Shown here: positions 8,539 to 16,923 of the stretch, one piece after another | Layout of the letters: every line of letters begins with the position of its first letter | Numbering within the stretch: the first letter of the stretch is position 1 | Virus record (IMG/VR): IMGVR_UViG_3300009960_000001 | Span: 1 to 63,842 of that record | DNA: 63,842 nt | DNA from: a virus | Strand: one strand, 5' to 3' | Position numbers and translations under genes: made by a program | The notes under the pieces: generated by a model | Told to the model about the DNA's origin: nothing | The model's database searches: none | Seen by the model: only the letters and a program-made list of their open reading frames with translations

Positions 8539-9024
8539 CTACTTTCCTTCCTGTTCTAACTGGTCTGTAAGGCAAGCTGAGCATGGTGTCACAGGGAAGC
8601 CTAGGAACATTGCAAGCACCTTATTCATTGCTCGTGATTGCTCAATAAAGCCATATTTAGCTTTCAAGTTAGATAGGTCTACCTGCCATACCTCAAAGGA
8701 AGTGATAACGGCTGTGAACATGTGCTTTAGAAGACACCACATATCAGGGTTACCTTCCTCATTAGCCTGCTCCTTAAGAAGCTTCATTGCCTTACGTCGG
8801 TTTTCTGTGGTTTCCTTCAAGAGAAGCTCAGTCTCTCTTAGGGCTTCATCTACTTTCATAATCTCATCTTGGTCTTCCTTAGCGTTATCTGCATACCAGA
8901 ATGAAAGCTTATCCTCATATTTCCTTACAAGGATATTCATGTGGTACTCAGAGGCACAGAGGTTCATGATATTTGTAATCAGGTCTTCTGTGATACCTAC
9001 TGAGCTGTCTTTGTTTACTGTCAT
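8539..9024 (-). CDS. Hypothetical helical protein
   Basis: 161-aa ORF in the operon. Confidence 0.55.
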   Translation of the reverse strand: MTVNKDSSVGITEDLITNIMNLCASEYHMNILVRKYEDKLSFWYADNAKEDQDEIMKVDEALRETELLLKETTENRRKAMKLLKEQANEEGNPDMWCLLKHMFTAVITSFEVWQVDLSNLKAKYGFIEQSRAMNKVLAMFLGFPVTPCSACLTDQLEQEGK

Positions 9025-9338
9025 TTCAGTTTAAGCTCCTTCATAAAGTTTTCTACATCTAGGTCATCTTCTTCAAAGTCTTCTTCATCTGACTCAATTA
9101 CGTCAACATCTTTCACGGGGGCTTCTACTCCGAAGAGCTCTTTCTGTAGCATTTCTTTGTATTCTGAGAGCTTGCGCTCATATTCCTGTGCATTAGGTGT
9201 CACACGCTCTGAGTATTCTCTTAAAGCGTCAGCGATTACCTCGTTACGCTTAATCCCTAAATACCCTGAGATAGTCAGTAAGTTGTCTGAAAGCTCCTTA
9301 GGAAGCTCAATTTGCATTTTGATACTTGTCTTAGGCAT
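9021..9338 (-). CDS. Ribbon-helix-helix (CopG-like) DNA-binding protein with acidic tail
   Basis: N-terminal pattern IKMQIELPKELSDNLLTISGYLGIKRNEVIADALREY and an acidic C-terminus. Confidence 0.5.
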   Translation of the reverse strand: MPKTSIKMQIELPKELSDNLLTISGYLGIKRNEVIADALREYSERVTPNAQEYERKLSEYKEMLQKELFGVEAPVKDVDVIESDEEDFEEDDLDVENFMKELKLK

Positions 9339-9766
9339 TAAAGCACTACCTCCTCAATTTCCTTTTTATCACCATAGTAGATTTTATAGTTCAGGGTTGT
9401 CTCCCTAATCATACACTCAAACATACAGGTATGTGAGATATATCTTACAAGGATATTATCCCCTACATCTACTGAGAATTTCAGAGAGACATAGTTCTTA
9501 GGTAAGGCATGTTTGAGGTTAAACACCTCCATGGCTGACCAATATCGTCCTACATTATCTCCAAGTTCCTTCTTGATATACCCTGTGCCTTTAACCCAGT
9601 TATCCATGTAGTAGGTATCCTTGTCTGTGACTAATACATACTTGGGGTTAAATTCCTTCTGCTTTTCACAGTAGCCCTCAGGGTCTAGTAAGAAAGCCTT
9701 GCGATTTTGTTTCTTAATATCACGGTATTCCTGCTCTGTGTAGCAATTCTTATCCCAGATTATCAT
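9338..9766 (-). CDS. Hypothetical protein
   Basis: 142-aa ORF with ATG at 9766. Confidence 0.55.
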   Translation of the reverse strand: MIIWDKNCYTEQEYRDIKKQNRKAFLLDPEGYCEKQKEFNPKYVLVTDKDTYYMDNWVKGTGYIKKELGDNVGRYWSAMEVFNLKHALPKNYVSLKFSVDVGDNILVRYISHTCMFECMIRETTLNYKIYYGDKKEIEEVVL

Positions 9767-10151
9767 GCTTAAACTCCTTTAGAGCTTTATTTACCTCAGA
9801 TAAGGACACACCAAGATTTTCCTTTAATAATTTATTAAGAGTTTCTTCTTGAGATACCTTATCTGCAAGCTTAAGTGAGTATTTCACAGCGTTGGTTACA
9901 TTCTGTGAGATAGGGTAAATATCAGAGTTCCCATTTAAGACAGCTTTCATTACCTCTTTATTAGTAAAAACATCAGTAACCTTTCGCACAGAGAAGGTGA
10001 GCAAATCATCTGTTACCAGAATATAGTCACCCTCACTTGCTTGGTGCACATTGCCTCCAGCGTAGGTGTAGTGCTCGTTGCCTTCCTTACATTCTACAAT
10101 GTGTAGGCACTCAGGGAGTATTCCCCATTTATTACAGTATTCTTCTATCAT
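9750..10151 (-). CDS. Hypothetical protein
   Basis: Start moved to ATG 10151 (MIEEYCNKWG), preceded by an AAGGAGG RBS immediately after the polymerase stop. Confidence 0.55.
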   Translation of the reverse strand: MIEEYCNKWGILPECLHIVECKEGNEHYTYAGGNVHQASEGDYILVTDDLLTFSVRKVTDVFTNKEVMKAVLNGNSDIYPISQNVTNAVKYSLKLADKVSQEETLNKLLKENLGVSLSEVNKALKEFKHDNLG

Positions 10152-10161
10152 ATTTTCCTCC

Positions 10162-11889
10162 TTAGTGAAGTCCCCAGCCCTTGCCGATTTCTCCATCGGA
10201 TACTAGAGGTACTTCCATCTTTATTCCCTTGAGTATTGAAGGGCTTTCCATGATAGCTTTTACTATAGGTGTAGCCTCCTCCACATAATCATCAGCTATC
10301 TCAAGTAGTATGGCGTCATGTACAGTACCTAATACCCTACACCTTGAATGGTCAAGCTTATCTGAGTATACAACATCTGCCATAGCTGAGGTACACAAGT
10401 CACTACCGAAGCCTTGCACAGCTGAGTTAAGAGCTTGACGTTCAGCAGAGGACCTCTTTACCCAATCATCAGACCAGATGTCCCTTAAGAAGCGTTTACG
10501 CCCTATAGGAGACTCTACATACCCATAACTTTGAGCAAAGTTGATGTTCTTCTTGTGCCATGTTAATAAGGTAGGATAAGCTTCAAAGAATTTGTTACGG
10601 AAATCCTCTGCCTCTTCTTGTGACAAATCTAGTCCATACCCCTTTGCATAATCTCGGAATGACTTAGCCTGCATACCATAGATAAACCCAAAATTACAGT
10701 TTCCCTGTATTGATACTTTTCCATTATGACGGATTATAATATTATGTTCAGGAACAGTTACACAGTAGACATTGTAGTTTGCATTGTGGTGAGTTCGTGT
10801 ATCTACATCTTTACTCTCAAACCTACTTAGAGGCTTTTTAGCAAGGTTATATGAGAGTTCCCAAGTGGTGCTTACATTGTCATAAGCTTCATTTCTTAAG
10901 ATAAGTCTTGCACGTACTCCAGATTGTATAGCCATTATCTGCATTTTATCTAAAGTTTCCTTGTTTGTTGAGGATACTCTGATTAGATTAAACTTGTTTG
11001 TATGTCCGTCCCAATGACCAGCTTCCTCAAGGTACACAAGAGGATTTAACTCAGTGAGAGAAGGTTCAAGGAGGGTTTTATCCTCGGTACAGTACCGCTT
11101 CACAAGTTTTAGTAGGTTAAAGTCGTTTAAAGTAAAGAAACTTACCCTTAACTTTCCTTGTATCTTTGGTTCACAAGACACTCCTAGCTCTTTTAGTAGC
11201 CATCTAAATCTATCAATCTTACGTTTCTTTGTAAACCCAAATTTGATAGCGTTCTTTGAGGCACTATAGCTTCCATCTGCAACAAAGCAAGCAACAAACC
11301 TTGTTAGTTTATCCTCTATGAACTTTTCCTTGTCATAGTTGTAATATCCTGCATTTACCCAAGCATACTTAGCTTGTCCATGACCTGCCAACTCCTCAAA
11401 AGGTAGCTTCTTCATGTATTTTCTAGTATTCTGTACTTGAATAATGCACTCATGATTTGGTGTCAGTTTTAGTGAGGTATTCTCGTTCTCAAACACACAA
11501 ATCTTCTGGTTAGGTATCATTCTAAAGTCTAACGGCTCTGTGTAACTAATTTCTTGTGACTCAATATTATACTGAGCTACCCTAGTTACTCCATCATACA
11601 TATTGAATGGTACAAATCCCTTGTCTGTTAGTATTTCAGTATCTCCACTGAAACATGACTTAGCCTGAGTACGTTTTCTCTTAAGCCCATCATGGTCTAA
11701 TCCTTCAAGGTTTCCGAACATTAGCTCTTGTGTCTTTGTGTGTAAATCGCTTCCCGATTGGTAAGCATGTATCATATTCTTATCTCCTGAAAACTCAGCG
11801 GCTATGCGTAGCTCTAATTGCGAGTAATCCCCTTCATATATACTATACCCCGGTCTAGCATAGATAATTCCACGCACATTACTATTCTG
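10162..11889 (-). CDS. Family-A DNA polymerase, exon 2 (motifs A, B and C; contains an intein)
   Basis: DYSQLELR (motif A), RTQAKS[intein]CNFGFIYG (motif B), VHDAILLE (motif C). No ATG or RBS of its own. The 5' boundary is set by the predicted 3' splice site. Confidence 0.8.
   Translation of the reverse strand, partial: QNSNVRGIIYARPGYSIYEGDYSQLELRIAAEFSGDKNMIHAYQSGSDLHTKTQELMFGNLEGLDHDGLKRKRTQAKSCFSGDTEILTDKGFVPFNMYDGVTRVAQYNIESQEISYTEPLDFRMIPNQKICVFENENTSLKLTPNHECIIQVQNTRKYMKKLPFEELAGHGQAKYAWVNAGYYNYDKEKFIEDKLTRFVACFVADGSYSASKNAIKFGFTKKRKIDRFRWLLKELGVSCEPKIQGKLRVSFFTLNDFNLLKLVKRYCTEDKTLLEPSLTELNPLVYLEEAGHWDGHTNKFNLIRVSSTNKETLDKMQIMAIQSGVRARLILRNEAYDNVSTTWELSYNLAKKPLSRFESKDVDTRTHHNANYNVYCVTVPEHNIIIRHNGKVSIQGNCNFGFIYGMQAKSFRDYAKGYGLDLSQEEAEDFRNKFFEAYPTLLTWHKKNINFAQSYGYVESPIGRKRFLRDIWSDDWVKRSSAERQALNSAVQGFGSDLCTSAMADVVYSDKLDHSRCRVLGTVHDAILLEIADDYVEEATPIVKAIMESPSILKGIKMEVPLVSDGEIGKGWGLH
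10699..11655 (-). mobile_element. Intein (319 aa) with LAGLIDADG homing-endonuclease domain, inserted in polymerase motif B
   Basis: Begins CFSGDTEILTDKG, contains TPNH (block B) and two LAGLIDADG-like motifs (FVACFVADGSY, LEEAGHWDGH). Ends ...NGKVSIQGN, followed by Cys+1 of CNFGFIYG. Confidence 0.8.
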
Positions 11890-12124
11890 CGGAACTTGCT
11901 GACAATCCCTGTTACCCTAGAGGCTCTTTATCCTCTAGTTCTTATGGTTCACTTCCCATAAGTTCAGACTATATCATATTGGTTAAGTAACCAATCCTTG
12001 CGCTCGTGTTACTCCACATTAAGTGTTTCTTAGTCGTTACATCTTCCTCTATGAGGCTTGACACGGTATTGGCAATCTCAGCGTCCACCGTTTTCACAAG
12101 GTTTAACGAGCCCCCAGCATTTTT
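11890..12124 (-). mobile_element. ORF-less group I intron (235 nt) in the DNA polymerase gene
   Basis: Core strings GUAACGACUAAG and GAUAUAGUCUGAAC give P7 (GACUA/UAGUC). P8 and two 3' hairpins are present. The 5' exon ends in U and the intron ends in G. Guide CUG-GGGG can form P10 and P1. Splicing restores PNLQN. Confidence 0.7.
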
Positions 12125-13489
12125 AAGGTTCGGGTTTGAGCAGGTTGTCCTTCCTGTCCTAGCTGTGATATTAAAGCTAGGGTGGATTTGTCCATCTACC
12201 GCTATCTCGTCCCATGACTTGATAAACGTATCCAGTTTAGTCAATCTCTTATACTCTCTCAGGTTCTTAGCAACCTCACTCACAGCTGATAGCTCCACAA
12301 GGGTTTCATCATCTGTGCTAGGGTTTCCTGAGCCACTCTTCTTCACAGGTTTCAGTCCTAGTGACTTTCCAACCTCTTTGCCGTCTACAATCACAGGAGC
12401 ACCCTTCTTACCAAATAAGACCTTGGCTACCTGCTGTGTAGAGTTCCAGTTGATTTCAGCCACCTCATTGAGTTCTTCAAGGAGCTCTGTGTACTCAGCC
12501 CTTAGCTGTTCACTTACCTCGCCCCTCTTAGGGTCAAGATAGATACCTTGTTTCTCAATGATAGAGTAGGCTTTGTAGGCTCTCATTTCATGCTTATATA
12601 CCTTAACCATCTTGTACTTTGTGATGATTTTCTTGAATATAGGAACTAACTTAAGCGTATATCGTGTGTCCTTCTTTCCATAGACAACTAGCTTCTTGTT
12701 ATTAGCCTCTACAAGCTCCTGTGTCACGTCTTTTAGCGTCTCTAGTACAATTACACTATCAAGACTTTCAAACGCCTTACAGAGCCTGTCAGTGGCTTCT
12801 ACGGACATTCCAGTGATAAGTATATCCCCTTCAAGTTCATCATAGACCTGCTGAGCTAACTTATTCATAGCTGTCCTATTCTCATGTACCCATTTTCGGG
12901 TTACATCAAACGTTCCGTCCCCATTGTCAATCAGGTCACAGGCGTTCTTCTGTGCCTTGGTTTTTAACCCGTCTAGGAAAGCCTTGGCGTTTTCCTCAGT
13001 AGTCTGCTCCATGACAAGCTCTACTCCTGTGAAATACTTTGTGATAAATCCTTTGAGTGTAGTTAGGCTATCTCGTTTACCTGAGACTTTGATTTCCTTA
13101 CTCACATCATAATCATCACCAAAATATTTTACCACAAGAGGCTTCAAACCAAGCTCAACCTCACCAGAGACATGAGCAAGCACCTGTGTATCCATGTAAA
13201 GCTCCATGAATACTCCTGTGTGAACATAAAGAAACAGAATATCAAACTTGCCGTTATGAGTAACCATATTCAGCTTAGCTATAGCTTTCAGGAAGGCTTT
13301 CCATTCTTCTTTTGTGTACTGTTCCCACCAGATGAAATGGTCATATTCCTTCCCGTTAAAGTCATAGCTGATTTGCACAGAGACTATTTTGTCCCTGTAC
13401 CTATCTAGCCCTGTGGTTTCAATATCTAGGGAAAAGAGCTCTACTTGTGATAGCCGTTTAGCCAGTACCATTAAGTCTCTTTTCTTCAT
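12125..13489 (-). CDS. Family-A DNA polymerase, exon 1 (3'-5' exonuclease and N-terminal polymerase part)
   Basis: Exo I motif FSLDIETTGLD; ends ...ARTGRTTCSNPNL at the predicted 5' splice site. The track ORF continues to 11969 as intron read-through. Confidence 0.8.
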
Positions 13490-13490
13490 A

Positions 13491-14378
13491 TTACTCCTCT
13501 ACATATCCCAGTCTCTTTGCTATTGCTTCAATGACATTCACAGTAACACTATTCCCAGCTTGTTTATATAACTGAGTATTTGAATTGACTACTTGTGCCT
13601 TTTCAAAAGCCCAATCTGGAAAACCTTGCAGTCTCCAATATTCATTAGGTGTTAACTTTCTAAGAATAGTCCCATCTAATATTTGTTTAGGCTCTTTATA
13701 GTCCCTAGCACACAAAGTGCCAATTAGACCCTTAGTGCTATAAACTACACTACCTGTTCCATGAGAAGTGCCCTTCGGATTTTTAGTATTCCCTACTATA
13801 TCTATTTGTAGCTGTTCACTATCATGTTTTGAACTTTCTCCTGTGAAAGGAAATATTCCATTGGTACTCGTTCCTCTAAGATGTCCGATAATGAACACAC
13901 GCTCCCGATTTTGGGGGACTCCGAAATTTTTGCTGTTAAGCACTTGCCATTCAGCATCATACCCCAATTCATCAAGCGCTCTGAGGATTGTTTTGAAGGT
14001 GTTTCCTTTGTCATGGTTGAGGAGTCCTTTGACATTCTCAAGGAAAAGATACTTAGGTTTGAGAATACTTGCAAACCTTGCAATTTCAAAGAACAAAGTC
14101 CCTCTTGTGTCTTCAAATCCTCGTCTTTCTCCAGCAATGCTGAAAGCCTGGCACGGAAATCCTCCGCAGATAACGTCAACTCGTCCGATTGCTCTGACTT
14201 CTTCATTTGTGACTTTTGTAATATCATGTAACTCTATTTCTCCTTCTGTGTTATGTATAGTTTTGTAGCTAGCTATTGCAAATTTATCAATTTCACAAAA
14301 TCCAATACATTCATGTCCAGCAGCCTCCATACCAAGACGGAAACCGCCAATACCTGCAAATAAATCTAAAAATTTCAC
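13491..14378 (-). CDS. DNA (cytosine-5) methyltransferase, apparently orphan
   Basis: Motifs DLFAGIGGF (I), GGFPCQAFS (IV) and ENVKGL (VI). No adjacent restriction endonuclease. Confidence 0.85.
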   Translation of the reverse strand: MKFLDLFAGIGGFRLGMEAAGHECIGFCEIDKFAIASYKTIHNTEGEIELHDITKVTNEEVRAIGRVDVICGGFPCQAFSIAGERRGFEDTRGTLFFEIARFASILKPKYLFLENVKGLLNHDKGNTFKTILRALDELGYDAEWQVLNSKNFGVPQNRERVFIIGHLRGTSTNGIFPFTGESSKHDSEQLQIDIVGNTKNPKGTSHGTGSVVYSTKGLIGTLCARDYKEPKQILDGTILRKLTPNEYWRLQGFPDWAFEKAQVVNSNTQLYKQAGNSVTVNVIEAIAKRLGYVEE

Positions 14379-14387
14379 TATTTTACC

Positions 14388-14609
14388 TTACCTTCCTAGA
14401 TATGTATTGTAAGCACCTGTGCCCATCATAGCTCCTGCAAAATAGAATACTACTGCTGAAAAGAAGCTGATAACTCCAATCACAGGACCTACTTTAACCA
14501 ACTCAGGAGCAAGTAGGCTTCCCATAGCGATATACATTGCAAAACTAGCAGGTACACAGAACAGTAAAGTGATTACTGTTCCTAGCACCCAAGCCATAAA
14601 TTTCTTCAT
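14388..14609 (-). CDS. Small membrane protein (two TM segments)
   Basis: 73 aa, mostly hydrophobic. Confidence 0.55.
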   Translation of the reverse strand: MKKFMAWVLGTVITLLFCVPASFAMYIAMGSLLAPELVKVGPVIGVISFFSAVVFYFAGAMMGTGAYNTYLGR

Positions 14610-14863
14610 TATCTCATTCCTCGTCTTTCTTCTGCCTCTTTAGCAAGGCTGATACATTCTGCCACATGATTATGCATGTGTATTAAACTATTCTTCACAG
14701 TGGACATTCTTAGTAAAGTCTCACGCCAGTAACCCCCAGCAGCCTCAGAGCCTCTAAAGTACATTTCATCTAGGTAGGATAGCTTTAGGAAATATCCATT
14801 ACCAGCGTCATATACATTCTTTATAAGCTTTCTAGGCACATAGGCTACTGTGGCTCTTTCCAT
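14609..14863 (-). CDS. Hypothetical protein
   Basis: 84-aa ORF; its stop overlaps the downstream start. Confidence 0.5.
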   Translation of the reverse strand: MERATVAYVPRKLIKNVYDAGNGYFLKLSYLDEMYFRGSEAAGGYWRETLLRMSTVKNSLIHMHNHVAECISLAKEAEERRGMR

Positions 14864-14961
14864 GTTAGGCAGGCTGAGCTCTACATAGTCTTTCTTAGCA
14901 AAGAACTTAACACATGACTTCTGAATATACAGATATTTTCATTCTTTAGTCATCTTATCTC

Positions 14962-16413
14962 CTATTTGCGCTTGCTAAGTGGTAATAGTAGAGAAGCAAT
15001 CAGACCTACAATAGCTCCAATTACTAAGTACATGATATTGTCTTTTGAGCCTGTCTTAGGCAATACCTTCTTGTCCTGTGACTTAACCTCAGCACTTGCA
15101 GAAGGCATTTCATCTTGTGTTGGAGGTGTCTTAGGCTCTTCTGTAGGTACATTAGGTACATCAAGCTCTGGTAGCTCATGCACAGGAGCTGGTGGCAATA
15201 CTGGTACATCATCAATGTTAATTTCAGGAAGGTCTAGCACAGGAGGGTCATTAGGCACTACTCCGCCATTCCATTCTGGTTTGTCTACTGTAGGAGGGTC
15301 TAACGGTGTAGTTCCTCCTTGCCACTCAGGAAGCTCGTGAATTGGTGCTGGTGGTGTTTGTTCAATATCATCAATATTCAGCTCTGGTTTATCCAACACA
15401 GGTGGTTCATTTGGAACTACACCCCCCTCAAATTCTGGAATATCATACACAGGAGCTGGCGGAACATCATAGGTAAATGGTCGCACCTTGCCTTTAGCTG
15501 AGCCTGTAGCATTAGCCACTGTGATTTCACGTTCAAAGCTGTATTCCTGTCCCATTGCTGTAAAGCTCAGCACATTCACAGGATTTTGTAGCTTGTTTTT
15601 GAGCCGTGTTTTGTATTCCACACTGATAATGTTTTGAACATCAGGCAAGCTAAACTTAAAACCATTCTTGTAAAACTGTACGTTAGCCTCTGTGAGAGGG
15701 ATTTCACGAATACCTACCCAAGGCTCTGCCGAACTTAACTCAAAGATACGCATAGAGCCCTCAACGTACTCGTTATTGTCGTCCCATGTATCTGAGACAT
15801 TTACATCTGTGAGGTGGTGCTTAACAAAGTTCACCCGTCCTCCCCATTGAATAAGGGAAGCGTCATCTTTATCTTGCCAGCCCCATTTAGCCACGATTTC
15901 CTGTGAGTTTGCAGGTGTTTGAGGTTTAACCTCTGCCTGTTTCACAATAGTACCATTAAAGTTGAGGTCATACTTCTCACGCTCTGTGACTACCTCTTTC
16001 TTCCACATGGTCTTAAGGGTCATGTCGAAGCTCTTGTCTAACGGGTGCTCACTAAAGTAGCTGTTAAACGTGGTTGTAACTGATTGTGTATCATTAGAAG
16101 CTACTGCACGTCCTACTACATTGCCCTCAGGACTAGTTACATCAAATTCCTGTGTAGTAGTCCATTGGAGCTGTTCAGGTAGAGTGTAAGTGAGTGTATC
16201 ACCCTCATTAATCTCTACCTCATCAGGAATTTCCGTTTTATATGTCAGGTCTTTGTTCACATAAGTTTCAGCAGCCTCTGAGCTATAAGTGATTTCAGGC
16301 TCTGTGACCTTAATCTGAGTACCTTCTTTAGCAACCTCACTTGCCAATACATTAGGAGCAATTAAAAGCCCTGCTAAAACAATCATTCCTGCTGTAAATT
16401 TCATTTTATTCAT
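14962..16413 (-). CDS. LPXTG cell-wall-anchored MSCRAMM-like adhesin (Cna-type A domain plus Pro-rich repeats)
   Basis: Start at ATG 16413 with an AAGGAG RBS. Signal peptide MNKMKFTAGMIVLAGLLIAPNVLA. LPKTG (15049-15063) is followed by a hydrophobic stretch and KRK. Repeats follow the pattern PE(F/W)xGGxxPxxPP. Confidence 0.8.
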   Translation of the reverse strand: MNKMKFTAGMIVLAGLLIAPNVLASEVAKEGTQIKVTEPEITYSSEAAETYVNKDLTYKTEIPDEVEINEGDTLTYTLPEQLQWTTTQEFDVTSPEGNVVGRAVASNDTQSVTTTFNSYFSEHPLDKSFDMTLKTMWKKEVVTEREKYDLNFNGTIVKQAEVKPQTPANSQEIVAKWGWQDKDDASLIQWGGRVNFVKHHLTDVNVSDTWDDNNEYVEGSMRIFELSSAEPWVGIREIPLTEANVQFYKNGFKFSLPDVQNIISVEYKTRLKNKLQNPVNVLSFTAMGQEYSFEREITVANATGSAKGKVRPFTYDVPPAPVYDIPEFEGGVVPNEPPVLDKPELNIDDIEQTPPAPIHELPEWQGGTTPLDPPTVDKPEWNGGVVPNDPPVLDLPEINIDDVPVLPPAPVHELPELDVPNVPTEEPKTPPTQDEMPSASAEVKSQDKKVLPKTGSKDNIMYLVIGAIVGLIASLLLPLSKRK

Positions 16414-16423
16414 TTTTATCTCC

Positions 16424-16768
16424 TTAGTCCTTTGTCTCAAAGTAAAATTTTCCAGAAAATGGCTCTATTTTTACAATACCATAATCAATGCCTAGCCTTG
16501 CTATGAATGGTTTCTCTATTCTTTCATGCAGAGTAAGCATTTGCTCTCTAAATTGTTCTAATTTAAGAGTTGATTTATAGAAATTGCATTTGTAACAAGC
16601 AGGCATATAGTTATCTAAAGTATCTTCACCTCCTAAATAGTGGGGGTGTAAATGGTCTACCCTTAGACTTTTTAAATCTAAGTCTTTTCCACAGTAAGCA
16701 CAATGCCCGTCATACTTAGATAAGACAGCCCCTCTAGTCTTTTTTGATATAGATTTTCTTTTCCCCAC
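16424..16768 (-). CDS. HNH endonuclease
   Basis: CAYCGK...VDHLHPHYLGGEDTLDNYMPACYKCN (HNH with a Cys4 zinc site). Confidence 0.75.
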   Translation of the reverse strand: MGKRKSISKKTRGAVLSKYDGHCAYCGKDLDLKSLRVDHLHPHYLGGEDTLDNYMPACYKCNFYKSTLKLEQFREQMLTLHERIEKPFIARLGIDYGIVKIEPFSGKFYFETKD

Positions 16769-16788
16769 TAGTTACCTCCATCGAATAT

Positions 16789-16923
16789 TTAGTCATAAGC
16801 TTTCGCCCTCCATGTTATCGTTAATTCATATCCCCCACAATGTTCACACTCATAGGGAACATGGTCTAAAATAGTTTCATATTCTTTTTCACAATCCTTA
16901 CAATAATAATCATATACTATCAT
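16789..16923 (-). CDS. Small zinc-ribbon protein (FmdB-like CxxC...CxxC), below the track length cut-off
   Basis: My translation: MIVYDYYCKDCEKEYETILDHVPYECEHCGGYELTITWRAKAYD. The ATG overlaps the upstream stop (ATGA). Confidence 0.5.
   Translation of the reverse strand: MIVYDYYCKDCEKEYETILDHVPYECEHCGGYELTITWRAKAYD

Noticed and set aside
11896-12118. Alternative intron boundaries giving exon junction PNLKN-VPQNSNVRG.
   Set aside because: The intron would then not end in G, or the 5' exon would not end in U, and no P1/P10 pairing with the CUG-GGGG guide is possible. The 11890..12124 boundaries satisfy all three rules and restore PNLQN.
12006-12542. Many track ORFs lie antisense to, or nested within, longer well-supported genes. 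Examples are 827..1141-, 12006..12542+, 13768..14268+, 33666..34064-, 39505..39936- and 48464..48682-.
   Set aside because: They lack RBSs and overlap genes with clear motifs. Their low-complexity translations are typical of the opposite strand of real genes. Treated as non-coding.
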